The translations under genes were made by a program, and so were the position numbers. From the IMG/VR virus record IMGVR_UViG_3300043432_000485, positions 1-64,000 of that record: DNA of 64,000 bases. One strand, given 5' to 3'. Origin of the DNA: a virus (taxonomy: Duplodnaviria; Caudoviricetes). The notes under the pieces were generated by a model that was not told where the DNA came from, did no database searches, and saw only the letters and a list, made by a program, of their open reading frames with translations. The stretch's first letter is position 1. Every line of letters starts with the position of its first letter. Below are positions 52,960 through 61,927 of this stretch, in pieces.

Positions 52960-53540
52960 ACCAAACTATCCTTTTTGCTCCATTGGGACAGCTTCACAGC
53001 TGCGCGCTTCAAAGCGTCGGGCTGACTGGCAACCTTCACGCCTGGCAAGCTCAACGGGAACTTGATCACAAGACGGCCAGTGCCTCGGTTGGAGCCCCAG
53101 AGCAGCAGCTCGTGCGCCCCCCAAGAGATCTCCGGGATCTCTCCATCGTAATGAGCTTCAGGGTCCGGATCGTAGGCCAACGTCACGTGGGGCTTGTACT
53201 CCGGATAGTTGTTCGAGTAGGGCATCTTCGCCGCATCGAGCTTGGCCTTTAGTGCATCCCGAAAGTCATGCAGCTCGGGCGAGAAGACCCTGCAGATCAC
53301 TGGCGTACCATCATCGCCCGCTGGGAAGCTGGAAACCCAATTGGTAGACACCGAGAAGGGGAGCGTCTTGGACGTCACTTCATACAACAAGGGAAGCATC
53401 TCCGAGATGCGTTCAATCGGGACGTCCTTTCCAAGATGAATCACCGTGATGTGAGAATGCTGCTCTCGCTTACCCTCTACAGGGATCTCCTGCAGGATTC
53501 TGGACGTCTCTTCGGGGACCGCGATCATCAATGCTGCCAT
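52956..53540 (-). CDS. 2H phosphoesterase (2'-5' RNA ligase superfamily)
   Basis: HITV and PHVTL motifs. Confidence 0.88.
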   Translation of the reverse strand: MAALMIAVPEETSRILQEIPVEGKREQHSHITVIHLGKDVPIERISEMLPLLYEVTSKTLPFSVSTNWVSSFPAGDDGTPVICRVFSPELHDFRDALKAKLDAAKMPYSNNYPEYKPHVTLAYDPDPEAHYDGEIPEISWGAHELLLWGSNRGTGRLVIKFPLSLPGVKVASQPDALKRAAVKLSQWSKKDSLV

Positions 53541-53558
53541 GTTGTCCTCACTAGGCGG

Positions 53559-54032
53559 TTACACAAGAGGTTCCCGCGACAGGAGACGCCGGGGCATCCA
53601 GTCCGGAAGCACATCGTCACCTGAGAACCCGAAAGCCACCCAGTACTGAGGCTCGCGCTGGAGCTGCAGCAAGCGTCCGGTCAGCGTCACCTTCTTGAAG
53701 AGCTGGCTGTACCCGCGCACCATCTTGGCTGTCTGTTCGGGATATTTTTTGCACACCTCAAACACAGAGGTGACCATCTTGTCGAATTGGTCCAGGAGCC
53801 ACTTCTCATGCTTGATCGGGGCCAGTACCAGCACCTTGTCATTGGCAAAGCCTGAACACAGAGCCAGTACTAGAACGCTCTCAGCAATCTGGGGGTCCAA
53901 TGTCCGATCGGCAATTCCCCTATATTTTGGGTAACTGTCGTATAGGCACAACTGATCATCCGTAGGTTCGGTTTCCAGCAAGGTCCTATGCCAAACATGG
54001 GCAGTTGGAGCCGGGCTCAAAAAGTCGGGCAT
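53559..54032 (-). CDS. Hypothetical protein
   Basis: GGTGTA motif 11 nt before ATG 54032. Confidence 0.6.
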   Translation of the reverse strand: MPDFLSPAPTAHVWHRTLLETEPTDDQLCLYDSYPKYRGIADRTLDPQIAESVLVLALCSGFANDKVLVLAPIKHEKWLLDQFDKMVTSVFEVCKKYPEQTAKMVRGYSQLFKKVTLTGRLLQLQREPQYWVAFGFSGDDVLPDWMPRRLLSREPLV

Positions 54033-54066
54033 GTGATTGGTTACACCGAACAGAAGGAAGCAGCGT

Positions 54067-54456
54067 ATGAAAATGCACGAACTAGTCGAACTCCGGACCC
54101 GGTTGTGGTCCGCAAAGACCCACGGATTCAAGGTGGGGGCTGCCGCCGGATTGGTCGCGTCCCTTGAGGCAATGGTTGGCCCGGTAGGCGGGGAACATCA
54201 GCGCGGCTCGGTGGATCACCTAATCGCCCTGGTGGAAAAAGCCATCAAGGCTCCGAGCGCCCCAGTCCACAAGCCAGCACCGGCATCCAAGCCCGCCCCA
54301 GCGGCGGCTAAACCGGCCCCGGCGCCCGCGGCGAAGCCCGCCGCACCCGCTCCGGCGAAGCCTGCAGCGCCTAAGCCCGCTGAAGCTCCAAAGCCAGCTC
54401 CCAAAGAGGAAGCACCCGCGGCGGAAGAGCCAGCCAAGGATCATTCAGAGAGCTGA
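54067..54456 (+). CDS. Small protein with Pro/Ala/Lys low-complexity tail
   Basis: Repeated KPAPA units. Confidence 0.65.
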   Translation: MKMHELVELRTRLWSAKTHGFKVGAAAGLVASLEAMVGPVGGEHQRGSVDHLIALVEKAIKAPSAPVHKPAPASKPAPAAAKPAPAPAAKPAAPAPAKPAAPKPAEAPKPAPKEEAPAAEEPAKDHSES

Positions 54457-54542
54457 ACGGTGTAGGAAGAAAGCAATCCGGATGGGTCACGGCCCTATTG
54501 CCATTCCGGGGCTGTGTTCGGGTGGGCTGACCCGAACACGAC

Positions 54543-55091
54543 CTAGCCTTTAGCGGCTGCGATGAACAACGCCGCGGTGGCCTGATTGCGTGCCGCTTGT
54601 ACGCCGGTGCGGGAACACTGCTTGGCCGCAGTAGACCAGTCACCCTTGGCGCATGCAGCACGCAACGAAGGCCACTTGGTCAAGAGTGCCCCGGCCCCTA
54701 GATTGAAGGCCATGTCCAGGAGCGCAACTTGCGCTGACTCAGGGTACTGTTGTAGCTGGTAGCCCTTCGACAGAATGGATGCAAAATCCTGCACCCGGCG
54801 ATCGAACTCGGCGCGCAGCCCCTTTGGAGGCAAGACGCAAACCGTGTGATCCTTGTACCAAGCCGCAACCTTGCCAGGTGGGCACGCCTTCACCGCTGCC
54901 CAATCTAGAGCCACGTGATCCGCCGGCACGAAGCCCAGCTTCGCGGCATCGGCCGGACTGAACAGGGCAAAGCCGATACCACAGGTCACGACTCCAACAG
55001 TATCGAGGTACATGTGATTGATGCAACCCTCGAATGGAGAAGTAAAGGCAAACAACCTGTCAAGAACTTGCTGAGAGATGTTACCCATCAT
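54543..55091 (-). CDS. Lysozyme-family muramidase (GH24-like)
   Basis: FEG...MYLDTVG..T.GIG; ALLDMAFNLG. Confidence 0.82.
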   Translation of the reverse strand: MMGNISQQVLDRLFAFTSPFEGCINHMYLDTVGVVTCGIGFALFSPADAAKLGFVPADHVALDWAAVKACPPGKVAAWYKDHTVCVLPPKGLRAEFDRRVQDFASILSKGYQLQQYPESAQVALLDMAFNLGAGALLTKWPSLRAACAKGDWSTAAKQCSRTGVQAARNQATAALFIAAAKG

Positions 55092-55110
55092 AATGGGTAG
55101 AGCACAAGAG

Positions 55111-55695
55111 CTATTTCGATGCCCATGTTCTCAGATAGGCCTGCCAAGCACTCGTCAAAGGGTGTTCCAGATTACCTATGGCGAGGTTACAACGTTGGCA
55201 CAGAACCGCTCTAGTTTGACCTGTTTGGTGGTTATGGTCAGCGTGGCCTCCGCCTTTGGTTGAGGCCAGCACGTTCTCGCAGCCATCGATTGCGCATTTC
55301 CCACCCTGAAGTCTGACGCACTCTTCAAAATGCTCTTGCGTGAACCCGGTGGTTTTCAGCCTGTGATGGCGTCGTTGCCCCTCCTTGATAGGTTCAGGGT
55401 TGGCCACGTAAGCCTCCTTGCGAGCCCTCAGCCTCGTCGCTCTTTCCTCGGATGTCTCAGAGGCTCGGGTCTGTTTACGCGCCGCGGATACAATATGCTT
55501 AGTCTCAGCATAGTACCGCTGGTTCCTTTCCTTTATGTTATCAAGGTTGTCCCTTCGGTATGCCTTAGCCCTGGCAAGTCCCTGGTCACGATTGGCCCAA
55601 TATGCAGACTTACTGACAGCAATGGACGTGCAAACAGTGCAAGGCTCTTCGATGGTGCAAGGGCCGGCACAAGGGCGGGTTCTTTTTCTTCCCAT
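55111..55695 (-). CDS. Endonuclease VII-family homing endonuclease
   Basis: CAI..C..HADHNH.TG..RAVLC..CN. Confidence 0.82.
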   Translation of the reverse strand: MGRKRTRPCAGPCTIEEPCTVCTSIAVSKSAYWANRDQGLARAKAYRRDNLDNIKERNQRYYAETKHIVSAARKQTRASETSEERATRLRARKEAYVANPEPIKEGQRRHHRLKTTGFTQEHFEECVRLQGGKCAIDGCENVLASTKGGGHADHNHQTGQTRAVLCQRCNLAIGNLEHPLTSAWQAYLRTWASK

Positions 55696-55722
55696 GTACC
55701 TGAATACGCATAAGTGCTATAT

Positions 55723-56256
55723 TCAGGTACATAGACGAACGATATCCGTCCATGTTGCAAGTTGGACTTGCTCAGCAGTATGGAACAATTCTTGCCCTAT
55801 CTCGCTCTGGAAGCCGTCCCATACTGCCCTGATCAGTCTCTCCAAGGCAGACTTGTCTTCTAGAGTCTCCTTGAGCACGCGTCGCTTCAAAAGATGACGC
55901 AGCTTGTGTGTTCCTTCCTTTTGCGCTCTCTCAAAATCTCCCTTAGCATGCAGATTGGCTATATCCTTTCTACCGTTCCATACCACCTCTCCCGCCCAGC
56001 CAGAGTAGAGCATGCGCAAACGCCCTTCCACAGTGGGATGCCCTTGATAATCGAAGCCACCAGGACAGCAAATATTTCCAGGATGTTTGCTTAGGAAGAT
56101 CCCAAGGTCTCCTCTCTTTTTCCCCTCAGGAGTTAGAGTTCCAGGAATTAGCCCCAAACGAACCGCCTGAAGGGCATGCCCGCATTCGTGGGCTATGACC
56201 AGATCCCACCTCTCTTGTTCCCATTGGTACCCAGAGTTTGAAGAAGACTCAGGCAT
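55723..56256 (-). CDS. M41/FtsH-protease-domain-like zincin
   Basis: IAHECGHA, AGE, GD..A spacing. Confidence 0.55.
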   Translation of the reverse strand: MPESSSNSGYQWEQERWDLVIAHECGHALQAVRLGLIPGTLTPEGKKRGDLGIFLSKHPGNICCPGGFDYQGHPTVEGRLRMLYSGWAGEVVWNGRKDIANLHAKGDFERAQKEGTHKLRHLLKRRVLKETLEDKSALERLIRAVWDGFQSEIGQELFHTAEQVQLATWTDIVRLCT

Positions 56257-56899
56257 ACCGAGCCATGAACTCTCGAACGGCTGCCCGCAGATCTTCCAGG
56301 GTCCCAGAGTTCTGGATCACGTGATCGAACTCCGAGTCCGGGATGCTCGCCTGCTCTGTCTCGGATGGGTGCAGCTCGCGCCCGCCTGATAGCCCGGCGC
56401 CCGGCCGCGTGATGCGCAGCACCTTGCCGCCCGCGGCCCGGATTGCGATCATCTCATTGCGGAAGCGGCAGTCCGGGATCACTACGCCCTTCGTGGTCAT
56501 GGTGTTACCAGCCGTGGTACCACCTAGCTCGTCCAGAAAGTAGAGCCCCTGCTTCTGGTCGTAGCGCGCAATCGGCTCGGTCAGCAGCGTTTGGGCGGTA
56601 CGTACGCAAAGTTCTGCCCACGTATTGGGGTAACAGTTGCGACCCCATTCGGTGCCCAAAGTCTGCAGCGCCTCACGCGGGGACAGGCATGTCCCATTCG
56701 GGCGAGGATAGCGCGAGTCTTCAGCGTTGCGAAACTGGCTAGGCCCCCATAGCTGCTGATCCGTGAATGCGTACACGTTGCGGCAGATCTGCTTCAGTGG
56801 GTCCGCGAGGGAGATTCGGATGAACCCGTGATCCTCGATCAGATACGTTGCAGTTTGGTCTTTACCCGAGCCAGCGAGTCCTGAGATTCCTATGAGCAT
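56249..56899 (-). CDS. Deoxynucleoside monophosphate kinase
   Basis: GLAGSGKD, ADPLK, REALQTLGTEWGR, DCRFRNE, HPSE. Confidence 0.9.
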   Translation of the reverse strand: MLIGISGLAGSGKDQTATYLIEDHGFIRISLADPLKQICRNVYAFTDQQLWGPSQFRNAEDSRYPRPNGTCLSPREALQTLGTEWGRNCYPNTWAELCVRTAQTLLTEPIARYDQKQGLYFLDELGGTTAGNTMTTKGVVIPDCRFRNEMIAIRAAGGKVLRITRPGAGLSGGRELHPSETEQASIPDSEFDHVIQNSGTLEDLRAAVREFMARYA

Positions 56900-56930
56900 G
56901 TAGCCTCCTGTTCGAGGGCGCTACACCAAC

Positions 56931-57446
56931 TCAGGGAACTCGGATCCCAACTTCCCAGTGCATTCCGTCAATTCTTCCACCAACGAATGTCCCGCCCCAC
57001 ACGATGTCATGCTTCTCCGCGAACGGAACCAGCTCCAAGAGACACCCGCGAACCCCAATCTCCGCGGGCGGGCGCCCCATCCGATTCCAGTTTGCGTTCA
57101 GGTCCATCGCAGTGCCCCACGCATGATTCGAGAGGTTGTCGTCCGTTCCAGTCTTTCCTCGTTTGTATCTGGCACAGAACCCGCCGTCAAAAGTCAACAC
57201 CCGATCAAGGAGCCCAGCGGCTTCCCAATCATGCCAAAGTGCCATGAACTGGTCAGCGGCCAGCCGGTGAACCCTAGTCTTCCGCCCGTGCCACGGTAGA
57301 GGTAGCTCAATGGTCACTAGGTTGGCGGCTTCCCAACCGTCAGTAATTACAATGGCCTCCTGGTTATCGGCAACGGGTTGAGGCCGATATGCGAAGCGCC
57401 CAAACCTGGCACAACGCTCTTGGTGGGTCATCGTCCTAAGGGGCAT
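56931..57446 (-). CDS. M15-family peptidoglycan peptidase
   Basis: SNHAWGTAMDLN, WGG, DGMHWE. Confidence 0.88.
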   Translation of the reverse strand: MPLRTMTHQERCARFGRFAYRPQPVADNQEAIVITDGWEAANLVTIELPLPWHGRKTRVHRLAADQFMALWHDWEAAGLLDRVLTFDGGFCARYKRGKTGTDDNLSNHAWGTAMDLNANWNRMGRPPAEIGVRGCLLELVPFAEKHDIVWGGTFVGGRIDGMHWEVGIRVP

Positions 57447-57494
57447 GACCTAGAACCTTGACAAGAGCTTCCGGATTCGGTGTAGTAGGAGGGT

Positions 57495-57857
57495 GTGACC
57501 AAAATCAACCTAGATGAGATCGAGGCCCGCGCCAAAGCCGCCACCCCGGGACCGTGGACCGTGTGTCCAATGGACATGTACATTTTTGGTGGTGACGGTC
57601 ACATGATCGCGTCTAACTGCCCCATGGAAGATACCTGGCAAGTCCGGGGCGCGGGAGCCGAAGGCAGCGGCCAGCGGCCAGAAGGGTCCCAGGACGCAAA
57701 CGCGGCCTTCATTGCGGCTGCTCGCGAGGACATCCCTCGTTTGATCGCGGAAGTCCGACGGTTGCAAGCGCAAGTGAATGGTGAGCCGCCACCATTACGA
57801 GGGCGCTCGGATGTGGTACAGTACATCGACGACCCTGCATGGGAGAAGAAACCATGA
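57495..57857 (+). CDS. Ead/Ea22-like phage protein
   Basis: ATPGPW and NAAFIAAAR.D.PRLI.EVRRL. Confidence 0.75.
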   Translation: MTKINLDEIEARAKAATPGPWTVCPMDMYIFGGDGHMIASNCPMEDTWQVRGAGAEGSGQRPEGSQDANAAFIAAAREDIPRLIAEVRRLQAQVNGEPPPLRGRSDVVQYIDDPAWEKKP

Positions 57858-58252
57858 TCTACACACCATTCGAAGAAGAGCAGATCCTACTCAACAGCGG
57901 CCTTCTGGACGAGATCACCCATCAGGCGTTGGAGGCGGTCCACGACAACTACAACGAGCCACATCGCCACTACCATGCGTGGCACCACGCCCTGTCCACC
58001 ATTTCCTGGGTCAACTACTGCGCGGGGGAAACCAGGCTCAGGGGCTACACGCACTTGGAGATGGCTCTCGCGGCTCTCTACCATGACGCGGTTTACGACA
58101 CCGCGGGCTCGCCCTCCAATGAGGAGCGCAGCGTTCAGTTCCTGAGGCAGCACAATCAAGGTTACAACACGGCAGCCACCGAGCGGCTCATCATGCTCAC
58201 GGCTAAGCATGGCAAGTTGGAGCGGCTCGGTCACCATCACCTGGGAGAATGA
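57854..58252 (+). pseudogene. HD-domain phosphohydrolase, apparently 3'-truncated
   Basis: YNEPHRHYH, LYHDAVYD, NEERS present; usual distal DxDL..L..EY region absent. Confidence 0.55.
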
Positions 58253-58299
58253 TGACCCAGAAGTCGAACCAGAAGTCGAACCGGAAGACGAGTTCCTAG

Positions 58300-58785
58300 A
58301 TGCCGGCTGAATGCTTCCTATTGGACGGCACCGAGGTGCCGCTGACCATGTGCCCAGACTGCGGGGCGGCTCCCTTCGAGCCGTTCTTGAGGGGTGAGGT
58401 CCAACGGTCCAAGCGCACTCTATTCTCATGGCCACCATTCAAGGTTCGCCCGTATTGCGCTTTGATCTGCCGGGCTTGCAAGAACATCGTGGGGCATGAA
58501 ATGCCCTATGTGCTAAGTTCCATGGAGAAGAGCGAGCTTCTCCGCGAAGCCGGGTTCGGTGAAAGGTTGATAGCAGAAGTGGCAGCCCTAGATCAAGTGA
58601 AGCAACGTGAGACCTTCGACCCAAACGCCGTGCGTTGGTTGCTGGACGCGGTAGCCGAGGAATACAAGATCTCCCCGGACCTGGACGCCCTTGAGGTCGA
58701 GGTGCTGCGCGCAGCTGCGGTGGTCCGGGCTTCAGAGTTCAAACCAACGCAAGAGCCCAAGCCAATTCTAGGGCTCTGGAAGTAA
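58300..58785 (+). CDS. Hypothetical protein with zinc ribbon
   Basis: CPDC and CRAC. Confidence 0.6.
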   Translation: MPAECFLLDGTEVPLTMCPDCGAAPFEPFLRGEVQRSKRTLFSWPPFKVRPYCALICRACKNIVGHEMPYVLSSMEKSELLREAGFGERLIAEVAALDQVKQRETFDPNAVRWLLDAVAEEYKISPDLDALEVEVLRAAAVVRASEFKPTQEPKPILGLWK

Positions 58786-58795
58786 GGAACTGCTC

Positions 58796-58990
58796 ATGTG
58801 CTACCTGTGCCTCAAGGAAAACCCCTTCTCTACCATCGTTCCCCCGAATAGCTTGGACGAGAAGAAGAAGCGTCTTCGGGAGATCAAGCAAGTTCTCCGC
58901 GAAGCCAAAGGTCTCGACAAGTGCGGGACTGGAGACTCCATCGTCGAGGCTCTGATCAAAGAGCAGTACGACCTAGCCAAGGAATTGTGA
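58796..58990 (+). CDS. Small hypothetical protein
   Basis: AAGGA SD. Confidence 0.55.
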   Translation: MCYLCLKENPFSTIVPPNSLDEKKKRLREIKQVLREAKGLDKCGTGDSIVEALIKEQYDLAKEL

Positions 58991-58991
58991 C

Positions 58992-59432
58992 ATGCCGCGC
59001 AAGACAATCGCCCAATGTGAAGAACAGATCCGTAAGCTCCAGAAGGACAACGAGTTCTTATCCAAACGTGTGAACCACCTCTCCAGCTCCGCCCCGCAGA
59101 AGGAAATCGAAGCCCTGAAGCAGAGCGTGGAGATCCTCGGAAATGAGATCGTGAAGCGCAACGCATTCATCCTGGAGGTGGAGGCTAAGCTGGCTGCCGC
59201 CACGGGGACCGCTCAGGAAGAGGAGCCCCATCATATCCGAGTCCGACTGCACAAAGACGTGGTTGCGATTGCAGAACGTCTGCAGAAGACGCTGAGCATC
59301 TACACCCCCGGTGACGTTGTGGCCCACGCGCTCAACGCACTGGAGGAGCGTGAGAAGTCCACCTTGCACCACCTGAAGAATCAGGTACGCTATCTGTGGT
59401 CACAAGTTGTCGAGATCACACGTTCACGCTGA
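58992..59432 (+). CDS. Coiled-coil protein, possible ribbon-helix-helix C-terminus
   Basis: Heptad pattern, then IRVRLHKD. Confidence 0.6.
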   Translation: MPRKTIAQCEEQIRKLQKDNEFLSKRVNHLSSSAPQKEIEALKQSVEILGNEIVKRNAFILEVEAKLAAATGTAQEEEPHHIRVRLHKDVVAIAERLQKTLSIYTPGDVVAHALNALEEREKSTLHHLKNQVRYLWSQVVEITRSR

Positions 59433-59443
59433 AGGAGTCTCAA

Positions 59444-59698
59444 ATGAAGACGCTGTCTCTGATCATGGTTCTGGGACTGGTTGGCTGTGCCTCCACTGAG
59501 GTGACGTCACGCCCCATCTCTTACCCGTGGCTGTGTGAGCAGGATCACGTTGCTCATCAATGCACGCGGCTCGGCTACGAAGTCAACACCGACGAACCCG
59601 CGTTGGTGATGGCTCAGGCCCGAGACGTCTGCCCTCAGGGAGCCAAGTCCTTCACGAGCAACGAGCACACGCACAAGACCTTGATCGTCTGCAAGTAG
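59444..59698 (+). CDS. Small lipoprotein
   Basis: AAGGAG SD; lipobox LVGC. Confidence 0.7.
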   Translation: MKTLSLIMVLGLVGCASTEVTSRPISYPWLCEQDHVAHQCTRLGYEVNTDEPALVMAQARDVCPQGAKSFTSNEHTHKTLIVCK

Positions 59699-59701
59699 CT
59701 C

Positions 59702-60523
59702 ATGACCACCATCCTTGTCACGAAGCGGTCTGTGTGGGAGCAGTACAACCGGGAACGGGAGCTGTTCGGCAACATCAGCAAGGCTTCGTTGAAGAGGATG
59801 CATGACAGCCATCTGCGCCATCGAAGGATGGTGGACGAGGTTGCAGGGGAGCTGAAGAGACTCAAGATCAAGTACTGGCTGGTGGAGGGGGCTGACATCT
59901 CCTTCAAGACACAACCCGGGGACGAAGTCGTGTGCGTGGGAGGGGATGGCACCGTGCTATCCTCCAGCCACAACTGCGGCCCCGGGGTGGATCTCATGGC
60001 CATCAACAGTGATCCGTTGTTGAGCAAGGGCCGGCTCTGCAACGCTATCTTCGCAGACGTCCGGCACATTCTCGACAAGAAGCGCAAAGTGACTCTCATA
60101 CCTCGGATGCAGGTAGAGGTCGATGGTCAGGTAGTCAGCAAACGAGTTCTCAATGAGGCCCTGTTCAGTCATACCTGCCCAGCAGCGATGACCCGATTTT
60201 CGGAGGGGAAGACTCGTTATGCGTGCTCGGGGATGTGGGTTGGCACTGGAGCGGGATCAACCGGCGCCATCAAATCGGCTGGCGGTGAGGTGCTTCCCAT
60301 TGGATCCAAGCTACTCCAGGCAGTGATTCGAGAGCCCTTCGATCACCCGGACGGCAAAACCATCTCTACGGTTGACCACAAGTTCAAGTTCACTAGCAAG
60401 ACAGCGGACGCTACCCTCTACCTGGACGGCCCCTTCCTTCGGGTCCCAGTGGGGTTTGATCAGACCATGCGATTCACTCAGTCTCCGGAGCCACTCCGGA
60501 TGATTGGGCCAGAGCCGCAATGA
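59702..60523 (+). CDS. nadK: NAD+ kinase
   Basis: VGGDGT, LNE, GTGAGSTG...SAGG. Confidence 0.88.
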   Translation: MTTILVTKRSVWEQYNRERELFGNISKASLKRMHDSHLRHRRMVDEVAGELKRLKIKYWLVEGADISFKTQPGDEVVCVGGDGTVLSSSHNCGPGVDLMAINSDPLLSKGRLCNAIFADVRHILDKKRKVTLIPRMQVEVDGQVVSKRVLNEALFSHTCPAAMTRFSEGKTRYACSGMWVGTGAGSTGAIKSAGGEVLPIGSKLLQAVIREPFDHPDGKTISTVDHKFKFTSKTADATLYLDGPFLRVPVGFDQTMRFTQSPEPLRMIGPEPQ

Positions 60524-60530
60524 GATCGTC

Positions 60531-61376
60531 ATGGGGATCGTTTATCTGATACGTAACCGTGAAAATGGGATGGGGTATGTAGGTCAGACCTCAAGTACCT
60601 TGGAGAAACGGTGGCGCCAGCACAAACTTCCTGGATCGGAGTGTCGGGCGATATCTGAAGCTATCCGGGACCACGGGACAGATGCTTTCGAGTGCAGCGT
60701 ATTGGAGCAAGTGAATGACCACGTTCAGCTGAAAGAACGGGAGGCCCATTGGGTAGAGGCTCTCGGCACCCTAGCCCCTAAAGGGTATAACCTGATGCTC
60801 GGATCAGTGCATTCCCCGGCGTCCCGCCGCAAGGCTTCCCAATCAATGCGTAGAGCATTGGCTGAAAAGGGCGCAACTGGGGCGCCAAGAGGGCAGTCCA
60901 CGCTAGATGCTCAGGATGTACGGGATATCTTTCGTAGATTTGATATTGGAGAGACTCAGAAGAGCGTCGCGCAGAGCTATGGGGTGGATAAATCCACGAT
61001 CAGCCACATTCTCCGAGGCACCACTTGGAGCCATCTCGGGCTGAAGCGGAAGAAACCCATCGTCAGGGCACTCACAGCGCTCCAACTGGCGGCAATAAGC
61101 AAGCTTTACAACCAGGGCCTGACCTACTCTCAGATCTCCAAAGAAGTGGGGCGCCCTCTTGGTACCATCAAAAAGGCATTGAAAAGGGCTAGGCGGGGCG
61201 GGATCACAACGCACAAACCAGTTCCACAATGGTGGGTTCAGATCAAGGCACTGTATGAAAGAGGCCTGACATACGCTCAGGTAGGAGAGAAGCTAGGTAA
61301 GTCCGAGCCAGCCGTGGCCCAAGCAGCAAAGCGGCTCGGGGTCGTGAGTCGCCCACCCGGGACTCGGTGTAAGTGA
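60531..61376 (+). CDS. GIY-YIG homing endonuclease with multiple HTH units
   Basis: IVYLIRN..GYVGQT..KRW..H, GYNL. Confidence 0.85.
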   Translation: MGIVYLIRNRENGMGYVGQTSSTLEKRWRQHKLPGSECRAISEAIRDHGTDAFECSVLEQVNDHVQLKEREAHWVEALGTLAPKGYNLMLGSVHSPASRRKASQSMRRALAEKGATGAPRGQSTLDAQDVRDIFRRFDIGETQKSVAQSYGVDKSTISHILRGTTWSHLGLKRKKPIVRALTALQLAAISKLYNQGLTYSQISKEVGRPLGTIKKALKRARRGGITTHKPVPQWWVQIKALYERGLTYAQVGEKLGKSEPAVAQAAKRLGVVSRPPGTRCK

Positions 61377-61927
61377 GGCCCATGGACTTGTGGGCCATCT
61401 ATCAAAAGTGCTGGGTCAGAGCCAACGCCTCTCTGTACTACTACGACACGTTGCAGGATCGCTACGACGCAAAGCAGATGTGGCTCGACGGCTTGACTAC
61501 GGTTGTCGTAAGCGGCCTTAGCGTTGAGCTTCTGCTTGAAGCCTGCAGTTTGCTGCCCATCCTCACTTTGTTGTTGAGGTTCACTTGGTCCGCTTTCGGA
61601 CTTGGGCTTGTCATCATGAACATGCAGCTGGCACCTGGACGTAGAGCCGAGAGATGCCAGGTTCTGTCTAATCACTGGAGGAGAAGGTTCGAGTTCTGGG
61701 ACCGCCTGGATCTGAGCACTACCTCTATAGAAATACTACAACAGGCCCAAAAAGAAGACTGGGACTACGATAACCCGAGAATTTCAACCAATGACAAACT
61801 ACTCAAAAGATCAACCGTCGAAGCCACGCACAGATTCGAATGTGGGTCCAGCAACGGACATACCCCGAGTTCTTCCGCCGCCTCCGCCTCCGCCTCCGCC
61901 TCCTCCGCTGAAGAGGTGAGCCCATGA
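61373..61927 (+). CDS. Two-TM membrane protein, SLATT-like
   Basis: Amphipathic helix, two TM helices, then P..RAE.C..L...W. Confidence 0.45.
   Translation: MRPMDLWAIYQKCWVRANASLYYYDTLQDRYDAKQMWLDGLTTVVVSGLSVELLLEACSLLPILTLLLRFTWSAFGLGLVIMNMQLAPGRRAERCQVLSNHWRRRFEFWDRLDLSTTSIEILQQAQKEDWDYDNPRISTNDKLLKRSTVEATHRFECGSSNGHTPSSSAASASASASSAEEVSP
61880..61903 (+). repeat. Tandem GCCTCC x4 (Ala-Ser)
   Basis: Four perfect hexamer copies. Confidence 0.9.
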
